Positions 1-8,969 of a stretch of 52,395 nt of DNA are shown piece by piece. Under the pieces are notes generated by a model. That model made no database searches. It was not told the origin of the DNA and saw nothing but the letters and a program-made list of their open reading frames with translations. How positions within the stretch are numbered: the first letter of the stretch is position 1; each line of letters starts with the position of its first letter. This DNA comes from Candidatus Sumerlaeia bacterium (lineage in GTDB: Bacteria; Sumerlaeota; Sumerlaeia; SLMS01; JANRJK01). A program made the translations under genes and the position numbers. The stretch is from positions 1-52,395 of the forward strand of contig JANRJK010000035.1 of assembly GCA_033764015.1 (NCBI GenBank). Direction: 5' to 3'.

Positions 1-664
1 CCTGACCGTCGGCGCCGGAGAGCGAGTACAGCGGATCGAGCAGCAGCGGCGAGCCGCCGGTCGACGGGTTCAGGCCGCAGCCGTTCGTGGTCGCGAGGTC
101 GTACTCGACGACGAGGTCGGAACGCTCGTGCCGGTTCGACGAGGACTGGCCGCCGGCGCCGAAGCGGATGTTGTCGTTCCCGTTGTCGCCGTCGGTTCTG
201 TTTGCGAACTGCAGGCGGAACTGCACGTTGCCGCTGAGCGGCACGACGGTCGGGTCGATGTCCACCCACAGCGCGTCGCCAACGGCCGCATCGACGAGCG
301 CGGAGTTCGGGATCGTGGCGACTGGCGTGCCGCTGGTCGACGCGGCTTGGAAGTCGCCCGCCTGCCAGCCCGCCGTCGTGCCGTAGAACGGATCCGCGTA
401 GTAGATCTCGAGGTCGCCCAGTCCAGAGACGTCGCCCGTCTTGCCGTCGACGGTCAGGCGGAGTTGGGCGGTGCGCGCCTCCGCGCCGGGGATCGCGGTG
501 GCGAAGCCGAGGAGGCCGCGCTCGGCGCGATTGTTGACATTGTCACCGACCTGCGTGCGGCGCCCGGCGATCAGGACCTGCGAGCCGACGCCTGGCGTGG
601 CGCCCTCGTAGAGGATCGCATCCTGGGAGAACTGCGAATCGAAGAAGATCGAGCCGCCGTCGTC
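1..664 (-). repeat. Left copy of long inverted repeat (paralogous coding region)
   Basis: Reverse complement is collinear with 51218..51881, about 50 mismatches in 664 nt by manual codon alignment; 1..101 is identical to 51781..51881. Confidence 0.95.
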
Positions 665-1288
665 GGCCCCGCCGCCGGCGGGTTCGCCGAAAAGCTGGAA
701 GGGGAAATTCTCCCCTAGCCGAAAAACTGGGACCCCGCAGTTCCCCGCAATCAAGCCGTTGGGGGCCAGCCCAACGGAACTCTGCGCCCAATAAAGATTT
801 AGAACGTTTTCGCAGGTGCCAATATTCGCCTTGAGCGTGGCATAGTACTCGCCCGCCGGAAGGGAGATTGGCGAATCGAAATTGGCCTCAACTAGCAGGA
901 TCTCAAACTCGGTGTTCACGGGCCAAGCTCCAAGCTCGGCGGTCTCGATCATCGTAAGTTCCCGGGACTCAAGGACGACGCCGCCAGGGACGCCGGAATC
1001 GTTCGACCGGATTTGGATACTCACCGTACCGTCCCAGAAGCTTTCGAAACGAGATTCCGCACCCCAAAATCGGATGCCGTTGAGCGCGGCGGGCGTGCTG
1101 AGCGCGAAATTGTCCGTGGGGCTGAAAAAGCCCATGCCGATGATATTGGGAATCGTACTAGGCCCCCCGGGGAGTCCTTGGTCGAACAGGAGTGGGCTGG
1201 AAAGGTCCGCCGCTTGGGCTGCGGAAACTAGCGCGAAAAGCCCCACCGCGGATACCGCGCAGCGGAGGAAGGGGGCTGGACTCGTCAT
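1..1288 (-). CDS. Secreted modular protein, partial (runs off left edge): signal peptide, variable N-terminal beta domain, conserved C-terminal region shared with 50798..>52395
   Basis: Hand-translated open frame from ATG at 1288 (MTSPAPFLRCAVSAVGLFALVSAAQAADLSS...) with no stop to position 2. Absent from the ORF track because no stop lies in the window. AQA signal-peptide end; 1..664 aligns with 51218..51881. Confidence 0.85.
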   Translation of the reverse strand, partial: MTSPAPFLRCAVSAVGLFALVSAAQAADLSSPLLFDQGLPGGPSTIPNIIGMGFFSPTDNFALSTPAALNGIRFWGAESRFESFWDGTVSIQIRSNDSGVPGGVVLESRELTMIETAELGAWPVNTEFEILLVEANFDSPISLPAGEYYATLKANIGTCENVLNLYWAQSSVGLAPNGLIAGNCGVPVFRLGENFPFQLFGEPAGGGADDGGSIFFDSQFSQDAILYEGATPGVGSQVLIAGRRTQVGDNVNNRAERGLLGFATAIPGAEARTAQLRLTVDGKTGDVSGLGDLEIYYADPFYGTTAGWQAGDFQAASTSGTPVATIPNSALVDAAVGDALWVDIDPTVVPLSGNVQFRLQFANRTDGDNGNDNIRFGAGGQSSSNRHERSDLVVEYDLATTNGCGLNPSTGGSPLLLDPLYSLSGADGQ

Positions 1289-1513
1289 GGAATGCACTTT
1301 CTTGAGGGGGTCGGATCGCGGTTTCAAGTGCTTAGAAGGTGATTTGGGTGGGCAAGAGCGATTGCCGACTTAGCGTATCGGAACTCGGGGCAACTCATGG
1401 ATCCGGGCCGAAAGAGACGTTCAGCCCCGTGCCATTCCCCCACTTGGAGCGGCTCCTCGTGGCGCGGTGCGACCGGGCTCGGTCCCCCCCGCCTAGTAGG
1501 ATTTTGGTAGAGC

Positions 1514-2044
1514 CTACGCCACCGCGTGCCAGACGCCTTCCCGCCCGCCGCGGCGGGAGAGGCGCCAGCCGAGCAGTAGGAGGCCGAAGACGAGGCGGCG
1601 GTCCGCCGGGGCGGGCTCGCGGAGGATGTCGACGCGCCAGCGTCCGGTGGCGGCGCAGGGGTAGCCGGCGAGGAGGCGCTGGCCGTCGGGGCCGTGGACG
1701 GCGATCTCCTCGGAGACGGCGTTGCCTTCGGCGCGGAGGACGCCGCCCTTGGCGCAGGTGAAGGTGAGGCGGAAGTCGCCGCCGATGAGTAGTTCGGTGG
1801 CGATCGAACCGCGGCGCCCGTCGGCGTCCTCGACCTCCCAGGCGGGCGAGAGGGCGAAGCGGCGCTCGTGGAAGCGGCAGGCGGCGCTGCCGGGGTCGAG
1901 CGTGAGGAGGTACTCCTCGTCGAACAGTGTCCAGAAGCGGCGGCGCATGGCGGCGGCGAGGTCGCCGGCGGGGGTGCGGACCTCGTAGGCGGGGGCGAAT
2001 GCGCGGTGGCATTCGGCGGCGACGAGCATGGGCTGTCGTTCCAT
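1514..2044 (-). CDS. LURP-one/scramblase (Tubby-C)-like protein
   Basis: Repeated 'F..AYEV...G...A.MRRRFW' / 'RFALSPAWEVEDADG' strands ending in a hydrophobic helix. Start uncertain (ATG 2044; ORF open to 2119). Confidence 0.55.
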   Translation of the reverse strand: MERQPMLVAAECHRAFAPAYEVRTPAGDLAAAMRRRFWTLFDEEYLLTLDPGSAACRFHERRFALSPAWEVEDADGRRGSIATELLIGGDFRLTFTCAKGGVLRAEGNAVSEEIAVHGPDGQRLLAGYPCAATGRWRVDILREPAPADRRLVFGLLLLGWRLSRRGGREGVWHAVA

Positions 2045-2191
2045 TACGAACACCTTCCGCGCGAGGCGCGCGCCTTGGGGGCGACGGGGGGCGCGTTGCG
2101 GGATCGCGACGGTTCGCACTGCTGCAACATCATGTGGGGGCGGTCCTGCGGGGAATGCCGCTGGAGGGTGCGCTGGCGCCCTCCGGGACCG

Positions 2192-4273
2192 TCAGGTGGG
2201 CAAGGAGGGGGCCATTGCGGACGCGGTGGCGGTAGTGCCGCGGCGGGTGGCGGCGAAGCCCGGGATCCAGAGGCCGGCGAGGAGCAACAGCATGGCACCG
2301 ATCCCGAGGGCGGAGCGCCGGGCGCTGTCGCGGGCTTCGGCGACTCGGGCGTCGAGGCTGGAGCGCAGGTGCGCCTCGGTCTCGCCGAGGGCGCCGAGGA
2401 GGCGCCGCTTGGTCTGCGCGTAGCGCTCGGACTCGACGTGGTCGCGGGCCTCGGCGAGGCGTCCCCCGGCGGAGGCGTCCAGGGCGGCGACCTCCATCGC
2501 GGTGAGTTCGCCGCTGAGCGAGGCCACGGTTGCCATGTCGTCGTGGAAGTCGGAGGGCACGAGCGAGAGCGCCTCGTCCAGGGCCGCGTCCATGCGGGGT
2601 TCGAGCTGGCGGTAGCGCTGCGCCCAGACGGAGTCGCCGCGTTCGGCGGCCATCTTGGCGGACATGGTGAGCGCCTCGTCGAGGAACCGGATCTCTCCGC
2701 GGAGCTGCTCGAGACGGAAGTAGCGGTCGCGGGTATCGTCGAGCAGCTTGAGGTCCCCCGCCATGAGGACCGATTGGACGACGATGGCGAGCAGGACGGC
2801 GGCCATGGCGATCTGGAGCAGGCCGTGGTGGCGGCGGCGGGTTTCGAGCGCCTTCAGGGCGGAAGCGAGGCGCGCCTCGATGGCGGCCCGCGCGGGGCCC
2901 GGGGCGAGGCGGCGCGTTTGGAGGCGGGCCATCTCGAGATCGCCGTTCCGGAGCGCGGCCTCCGCGGTTCGCTGGAGGGCGCCCTCGCGCAGCGAGGCCG
3001 CGTCGGGGTTCCCCTCCCAAAGCGTCTTCGCGCGGTCGAGCTCGGCGACGATCTCGCCGAGGTCGCGGTAGTTGTCGGGGGCGTGCGCGAGCCGCGCGGC
3101 GATCGTGGCGGTGATGTCCTGCGACTGCATGCGCTTGTGGGTGTTCGCGAGGTGGTCGCGCAGCAGGAAGGCGATGCCTTCCATGGATAGGCGGCGGGCG
3201 GCGGGGTCCTTGGCCATGAGGAGCAGCGCGAGGTCGCAGAGCTCGTCGGTCACGCGGCGGCCGGGCGCTCGCTCGCGGGGGTGCTCGGGGGCGCACTCGG
3301 AGGCGAGTTCGATGGCGCGCGCGGGGGACTTCGAGCGGAACGGCGCCGTGCCGGTGAGGATGAAGTAGATGGTGGCGCCGACCAGGAAGACGTCGGTCCA
3401 AGGGCCGAGCTTCCCGCCGGTGGCCTGCTCCGGCGCCATGAAGGCGGGGGTGCCTGCGGTGCTCGAACCGGTGGAGCTGAGTTCGGAAAGCTCCTTCAGC
3501 GCCTCGGTCACCTCCCGCGGGAGCGCCGCGGGGTTGAAGACCAAGGCGAGGCCCCAGTCCATGAGCTGCACTTCGCCGAACTTCCCGACGACCACCTGCG
3601 CGGGTTTGACGTCGCGGTGGATGATGCCCTTCGAGTGCGCGAACGCCAGCGCCTGCAGCACCTGCGCAAGGATTCCGAGGTGCTTGCGGTAGTACTCGGC
3701 CTCCGGAAGGCGCTGCATGTCTTCGAGGATCATCTCCTCCCAGTTCATGCCTTGGACGAGCTTGAGCGCGAGCGTCGGCCCGTGGCGCGGGTCCTCGGCG
3801 AGCTCGTGCACCGCGACGATGGCGGGGTGCTCGAGCTGCGCGAGGATGAGCGCCTCGTGGCGGAAGACCGCTTCGAGCTCGGCGCGCATCCAGGGCTTGG
3901 CGGAGGCGCGGCGCAGGAGGTCCTCGCGGAGGCGCTTCACGGCGACGGAGCGCTTGAGGGGCGCCTGGGTGCCCTCGAACACATCGCCGTAGCCGCCCTT
4001 GCCGATGCCGCGCACAAAGGGGAAGGGGTTGGTGCTCCGCACCAGCTCCTCGGTGGCGTACTCGCCGGACTCCATGTGGTACATGCCGCTGTCGTTCGCG
4101 CTGCGGCGGGAGCTCCCGTTCGCGGAGCCGTTGGCTCCGGAGCGCAGCGCGCCGACGGGCGCCGCGACGGTCTCCGAGGAGCCGTCGGGGACCCGTGAGT
4201 CGGACTCGCGCGGCAGGCGCGGGTCGAGCGTCACGTAGGACTCTCCGCTGGTGTTCTCCATCATGGAAAACAC
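2192..4273 (-). CDS. Membrane Ser/Thr protein kinase with C-terminal TM-helical sensor-TM region
   Basis: GKGGYG, VAVKRL, HRDVKPAQ, DWG and GTPAFMAPEQ motifs; two hydrophobic segments flank a helical domain near the C-terminus. Confidence 0.9.
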   Translation of the reverse strand: MFSMMENTSGESYVTLDPRLPRESDSRVPDGSSETVAAPVGALRSGANGSANGSSRRSANDSGMYHMESGEYATEELVRSTNPFPFVRGIGKGGYGDVFEGTQAPLKRSVAVKRLREDLLRRASAKPWMRAELEAVFRHEALILAQLEHPAIVAVHELAEDPRHGPTLALKLVQGMNWEEMILEDMQRLPEAEYYRKHLGILAQVLQALAFAHSKGIIHRDVKPAQVVVGKFGEVQLMDWGLALVFNPAALPREVTEALKELSELSSTGSSTAGTPAFMAPEQATGGKLGPWTDVFLVGATIYFILTGTAPFRSKSPARAIELASECAPEHPRERAPGRRVTDELCDLALLLMAKDPAARRLSMEGIAFLLRDHLANTHKRMQSQDITATIAARLAHAPDNYRDLGEIVAELDRAKTLWEGNPDAASLREGALQRTAEAALRNGDLEMARLQTRRLAPGPARAAIEARLASALKALETRRRHHGLLQIAMAAVLLAIVVQSVLMAGDLKLLDDTRDRYFRLEQLRGEIRFLDEALTMSAKMAAERGDSVWAQRYRQLEPRMDAALDEALSLVPSDFHDDMATVASLSGELTAMEVAALDASAGGRLAEARDHVESERYAQTKRRLLGALGETEAHLRSSLDARVAEARDSARRSALGIGAMLLLLAGLWIPGFAATRRGTTATASAMAPSLPT

Positions 4274-4327
4274 ATGGAGCCGAATACTCGGCGCGTCAAG
4301 GTTTTTATCAGTGGAAACCCCGAAGGC

Positions 4328-5749
4328 CTACTCCGCAGGTTCGTCCAGCTCCCCGAGCGGGCGCCCGAGCGGGTCGACGGCGAGGTTGCCCTGCGCGTCG
4401 ATCAGCCCCTTCTTCTGCGCCCAGTCGAAGTCGTTCTGGAAGTCGTTCAGCGAGGGCTCCAACGGGAGTGGAAACGGGCCGCGCCCGCGGGCGCCGAGCC
4501 GCGGGTCGCCGCCGGAGACCAAGCGGTCGAGCGTGCTGTTGCGGTACTCGCCGTCGGGGGTGATGTAGAAGTGCCCCCCCACGCCGTCGGCCACCTCGTA
4601 GGTCTCGCGGATGTCGTCCGGGACCTTTCCATCCACGATGGAATTCTTGATCCGGTATGCGTTGCTGACGATCTGTGTTTCGAGGACCTCGCGGTAGGAA
4701 CTAATGGAAGCGACGTACGCGTAGCGGTCCTCCGGCCAGAGGGAGGAGGGGTCTCCCTTCGCTTCGATTTCGATCCGGGCGCCACTGGATAGGAAGTACC
4801 AAGTCCCTTTGGGGTCCGGCGGCAGGCCGTCCACCTGCTGGCGGGACTGGGCTTGGATGAAGGTCTTGGCTTCGTCGCCGGTTAGGTTGCGCCCGAAGGC
4901 CATTTCGACGGCGGAGATGAAGCCCGCCATGGTCGCTACTTCGGTGCGCTGGAAGTAGTCGCCGGCGAGCAGCTCCTCCATGTTCTGGGGGAGGAATCCC
5001 TTCTCCTCGAAGAAGCGGTCCATCGCGTCCTCGACCACTTGCAGGTTCCATTGGTCGAAAATGTCGTTCAGACGGTTGAAGAGGAGTTCGCGTTCCCCTT
5101 CATTGCCGGCCTCGGAGTAGCGGACGAAGTAGTCGACGGTCACATCGAAGGCGGCGTCGTACTTGCCGAGGCGGCGTTCGATGTACTCTTCGAAGCGGAG
5201 GACGAACTCGGGTGCCTCCGGCATGCGCTTCGCCATCTCTACGAACCAGCGCGCGTCGTCGGGATTGTTGGCGAGCCAGATGGCGTTGTAGATACCGAGC
5301 TGGGCGAGTTGCCATTCGCCGCGGTTCCACTCGACGCCTTTGCGGAGCAGCTTCTGCCCCCCGGGGATGTACTTGCCCTGGTCGGCGACCACCAGGTTGC
5401 CGAATGCGTAGAGGGGAGGGAAGTCGCGCTCGAGGTCCGAGAGCTTGTCGAAGTAGTTGTACATTCCCTCGCGCGAAGCCTCGGGCCGGATCCAGCCGGA
5501 ACCGAGGCCCTGGATCGCCTTCAGGAACATGTAGTCGACGTACACGTCCTTGAATCCGAGTGTCATCACCCTCATGACCGGCGCGTCGAGGAGCCTGAGG
5601 CGCTGCTCGAACAATTCGGGCCGCGACTCGAAGGTGTCGAAGTAGTCGCCCTGCATGACGACCGCGGCCCCGCCGCAAAGGGCCAGCGCGGCGAGCTGGG
5701 AAAGCGTGCGCGCGGAAGCGAAGGAGGGGGGGCGGACGGAGGAACTCAT
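4328..5749 (-). CDS. TPR-like membrane-anchored protein, PilG/XapA-like accessory of the ABC cluster
   Basis: ATG 5749 overlaps permease stop (ATGA). N-terminal TM then 'TLGFKDVYVDYMFLKAIQ', resembling deltaproteobacterial pilus-cluster TPR proteins. Confidence 0.6.
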   Translation of the reverse strand: MSSSVRPPSFASARTLSQLAALALCGGAAVVMQGDYFDTFESRPELFEQRLRLLDAPVMRVMTLGFKDVYVDYMFLKAIQGLGSGWIRPEASREGMYNYFDKLSDLERDFPPLYAFGNLVVADQGKYIPGGQKLLRKGVEWNRGEWQLAQLGIYNAIWLANNPDDARWFVEMAKRMPEAPEFVLRFEEYIERRLGKYDAAFDVTVDYFVRYSEAGNEGERELLFNRLNDIFDQWNLQVVEDAMDRFFEEKGFLPQNMEELLAGDYFQRTEVATMAGFISAVEMAFGRNLTGDEAKTFIQAQSRQQVDGLPPDPKGTWYFLSSGARIEIEAKGDPSSLWPEDRYAYVASISSYREVLETQIVSNAYRIKNSIVDGKVPDDIRETYEVADGVGGHFYITPDGEYRNSTLDRLVSGGDPRLGARGRGPFPLPLEPSLNDFQNDFDWAQKKGLIDAQGNLAVDPLGRPLGELDEPAE

Positions 5750-6708
5750 TTGAAGTTCCTCCGCTCGAAGATCAGGACGGAAATGGCGATGATCCCGGCG
5801 GAATACACGATCCCGTAGGCGAGCGCCATCGGCGACACCACGACCGGCGCGAAGTCGGCGATCTGCGGACGCTGGTTGAAGAGCTCGAGGTTCGGAGCGA
5901 TATGCGCCGAGAACTTCGCGAAGTGGTAGATCAGTTCCTGCGAGGCGTCCATGGTCTCCGTGGTGCCTCCCGCCTTCTTCATCAGGCTTTGCGCCAGGAG
6001 GTAGAGCTCCTGGTTGCCCTTGCCGATCACCCACACGAAGGCGGTCAGGAAAGCGCTTAGGGTCGGCGTGCTGAAGGAGGAGAAGAGGACGGCGAAGGAG
6101 ACGATCACCATCATTTCGAGCATGGTGAGCACCGAGGCGAGGAAGAGCCCCTCGGTGATCGGGGTGCTGTAGAACCCGAGGCTGAGGATGTTCGCGGCGC
6201 CCTTCAGAACGGCGCCGATGATCGAGGTGGCGACGTACCCCAAGTGGGCGAGGGCGCCCTTGTACTCGTACGCTCCGCTCTCGAGTTGGCGGTAGATCGC
6301 CTGGTTGGTCGCCTCGTCGGTGAACGCGTCGCGCAGATGGAGCACCGTGCAGAACACCCAGGTCATGATCAGCACGTTGACGAGGATGGTGCCGAGGAGG
6401 CCGATGTACTTGCCGACAAGGAACTGCCAGCGGGAGATCGGCTTCGAGACCACGGTGTAGATCGTCTTCTTGTCGAGGTCGTTGTAGACGAGGCCGATGC
6501 CGACGAAGACCGCGATGAGGCCCGAGATGATGTTGATCGCGGCCACTCCGAGGTCGCGCACGATGCGTTCGGGCCGCTCGATCGAGAGCGTGGAGGCGAG
6601 CCACGCGCCGAAGAGGATCAGCACCGAGAAGAAGAGCAGCACGTAGAGGACGCGGTTGCGGACCGCCTCCTTGAAGGTGTTGAGGGCGATGGCGAGGGTC
6701 TTGGTCAT
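5746..6708 (-). CDS. ABC-2 type permease (PilI-like)
   Basis: 'IALNTFKEAVRNRVLY', 'DLDKKTIYTVVSKPISRWQFLVGKY', multiple TMs, ends FERRNFK; ATGA overlap with the ATPase. Confidence 0.85.
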   Translation of the reverse strand: MTKTLAIALNTFKEAVRNRVLYVLLFFSVLILFGAWLASTLSIERPERIVRDLGVAAINIISGLIAVFVGIGLVYNDLDKKTIYTVVSKPISRWQFLVGKYIGLLGTILVNVLIMTWVFCTVLHLRDAFTDEATNQAIYRQLESGAYEYKGALAHLGYVATSIIGAVLKGAANILSLGFYSTPITEGLFLASVLTMLEMMVIVSFAVLFSSFSTPTLSAFLTAFVWVIGKGNQELYLLAQSLMKKAGGTTETMDASQELIYHFAKFSAHIAPNLELFNQRPQIADFAPVVVSPMALAYGIVYSAGIIAISVLIFERRNFK

Positions 6709-7706
6709 AGCTGTGCGTTCCGTCCGTTGCCGGATTCGAGGGCGCGCTTTCCTTCGATTTCGCGGATGAAGTACTCTTCGAGCGTTTCCTTGCGGGGGGT
6801 GAAGCCCATCAGGTGGCCCTTGCCGTCGGCGAGGCCCTTCAGGATGTCCCGGGCGTCCGCCTCCTGGGTGAAGACCGCGAGGTACTCGTTCTTGCGCTGG
6901 ACGAAGCGGGCTGCGCGGCGGCGGGCGTCGTCGAGCAGCGCCTCCGCCGGGTCCGAGAAGGCCACTTCGTATTCCTTGGTCTTCGCGGAGAGCAGGTCCG
7001 TGAGGGGGCCCACCGCGATGCACTCGCCCTTGTGCAGGATCGCGACGCGGTCGCAGATCTGCTCCGCGTCGGAGAGGATGTGGCTGGAGAAGAAGACCGT
7101 CTTGCCCTGTTCCTTCAGGCTCAGGATCAGGTCGCGGACTTCCTTGCGGCCGAAGGGGTCGAGGCCGGACTGGGGCTCGTCGAGGAAGACGATCTCGGGG
7201 TCGTTGAGGAGCGATTGGGCGAGGCCGATGCGCTGGATCATGCCCTTCGAGTAGCCGCGGAGCGGCAGGTCCAGGGCGTGGCCGAGGCCGACGGTGGACA
7301 TCAGTTCCTCGATGCGGCGTTTCCGGCCTGCGCCGGACATGCCGTAGAGCTGCGCGTAGAAGGTGAGGAACTCGACCCCCGTGAGGTAGTCGTAGAAGTG
7401 CGGATTCTCAGGGAGGTAGCCGATGCGCTCCTTGACGGCGTTGTCGCCGACCGGGCGGCCCATGATGGTCGCCGTGCCGGCGGTGGCGAAGTGGAGCCCC
7501 ATCAGGATCTTGAGGGTCGTGGTCTTCCCGGCGCCGTTGGGGCCGAGGAGGCCGAAGATCTCGCCTTTCGCGACGTCCAGCGTGAGGTTCTGGAGGGCGA
7601 CGCGGCGCCTGTTCTTCAGCCGGATCTTGAGCCGTCCGTGCTCGAAGCCGAGCACGTCCTGGACGTAGACCTTGCTGAGTCCTTGCATCGAGATGACGGT
7701 GGACAC
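6705..7706 (-). CDS. ABC transporter ATP-binding protein (PilH-like)
   Basis: Walker A GPNGAGKT, YSKGM signature, VFLDEP; GTG start after GAGGA. Confidence 0.9.
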   Translation of the reverse strand: MSTVISMQGLSKVYVQDVLGFEHGRLKIRLKNRRRVALQNLTLDVAKGEIFGLLGPNGAGKTTTLKILMGLHFATAGTATIMGRPVGDNAVKERIGYLPENPHFYDYLTGVEFLTFYAQLYGMSGAGRKRRIEELMSTVGLGHALDLPLRGYSKGMIQRIGLAQSLLNDPEIVFLDEPQSGLDPFGRKEVRDLILSLKEQGKTVFFSSHILSDAEQICDRVAILHKGECIAVGPLTDLLSAKTKEYEVAFSDPAEALLDDARRRAARFVQRKNEYLAVFTQEADARDILKGLADGKGHLMGFTPRKETLEEYFIREIEGKRALESGNGRNAQL

Positions 7707-7935
7707 CGTGGTTCCTCGCTTCTGGTGGTGGCGCTGGGCTGCGACAACTCGACTCACAGCCCGCCGGCGGGGCGCCGGGATGGTTGCTTCCCTAGGCGCC
7801 GCGCCGCGCGCGGATTCCTGCGTTCAATGGGCTCTTGCCTTGGCTCCGGAGGCCGTGCGCCGGGGGGAGGCGGTCGCCGGGACGCCAGCGGCGATGCACG
7901 GCGGGTGCCAACCTGCGGGCTCCAAGGGGGTTCCC

Positions 7936-8778
7936 CTAGAACCTCGTGTTGTCGATGAGTCTGACATCCCCGATCCTGACCGCCAGCGCTACCAGGGTGT
8001 TCCCCTGCTCGATCATGTCGATCGGCTCCAGCGTGGTGCGGCTCACGATCGCGGCGTAGTCGGTCTGGACACTCGCGGTGCTGAGGGCGCTGCGGACCGC
8101 TTGGAGCAGTTCGCCGGAGTGGGTGATGCCCTGTTTGCGCACCAGGAAATGGCAGCGCTTCAGCGCGCGGTTGAGCGCGAGCGCGTGGGTGCGCTGCTCC
8201 TCCTTGAGACGCACGTTGCGACTGCTGAGCGCGAGGCCATCCGCGTCGCGCACGGTCGGGATGCCCACCAGTTCCACGTCCATCGCCAGGTCGTTCACCA
8301 TGTGCTTGAGAATGATGAACTGCTGGGCGTCCTTCCAGCCGAAGACGGCGACGTCGCATTTCGTCATGTTGAAGAGCTTGAGGACGACGGTGCAGACGCC
8401 GCGGAAGTGGCCGGGGCGGTGCTCGCCCTCGAGCTTCTTCGAGAGGAAAGAGACGTTGACCGTGGTGAGGAAGCCCGGGGGGTACATCTCCTCGGCGGTG
8501 GGCTCGAAGACGATGTCGGCGCCGTGCTTCTGGCAGATGGCGCGGTCCTGCTCGACGGTGCGCGGATAGGCCGACAGGTCCTTCTGGTCGTCGAACTGGA
8601 TCGGGTTGACGAAATTGCTGACGACTAGGACGTCGCCGCGCTGGCGGCCCTCCTGGATCAGCTTCTCGTGCCCGCGGTGGAGCGCCCCCATGGTGGGGAC
8701 CAGGACGATCTTCTTGCCGTCTCGCTTCAGGGATCGCGCGCGGACGCGCATCTCCTCGGCGGTTCCGATGATCTGCAT
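7936..8778 (-). CDS. panC: Pantoate--beta-alanine ligase
   Basis: VPTMGALHRGH, FVNPIQF, RPGHFRGV, DGLALSSRN, VRLIDN. Confidence 0.97.
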   Translation of the reverse strand: MQIIGTAEEMRVRARSLKRDGKKIVLVPTMGALHRGHEKLIQEGRQRGDVLVVSNFVNPIQFDDQKDLSAYPRTVEQDRAICQKHGADIVFEPTAEEMYPPGFLTTVNVSFLSKKLEGEHRPGHFRGVCTVVLKLFNMTKCDVAVFGWKDAQQFIILKHMVNDLAMDVELVGIPTVRDADGLALSSRNVRLKEEQRTHALALNRALKRCHFLVRKQGITHSGELLQAVRSALSTASVQTDYAAIVSRTTLEPIDMIEQGNTLVALAVRIGDVRLIDNTRF

Positions 8779-8969
8779 GGTTTCCTCTCGCCTGCCGGGG
8801 GGCGCATGGGCCCCTTCGGCGCCGGGGTCCCGGCGCCGCCTGTTGGGACGCAAAAAGACGGCGCGGTGAAGGGCAAGGAAACTTTCCGCGTTCTACTTGC
8901 GCGAGGTTGCCGCCGGCGCCGCGCCCCAACCCCTTGCCCCCGCCCAGGGAGTCCCGAACAGTGCCCCCC

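Noticed and set aside
1325..1341. CACTTG upstream of the left-edge gene as the same operator
   Set aside because: On the minus strand it reads CACCTT-N5-CACTTG: different arrangement and distance from the start.
70..1373. Short ORF-track entries at both window ends suggesting pseudogenes
   Set aside because: They are shadow frames; the real frames are open and simply run off the window edges.
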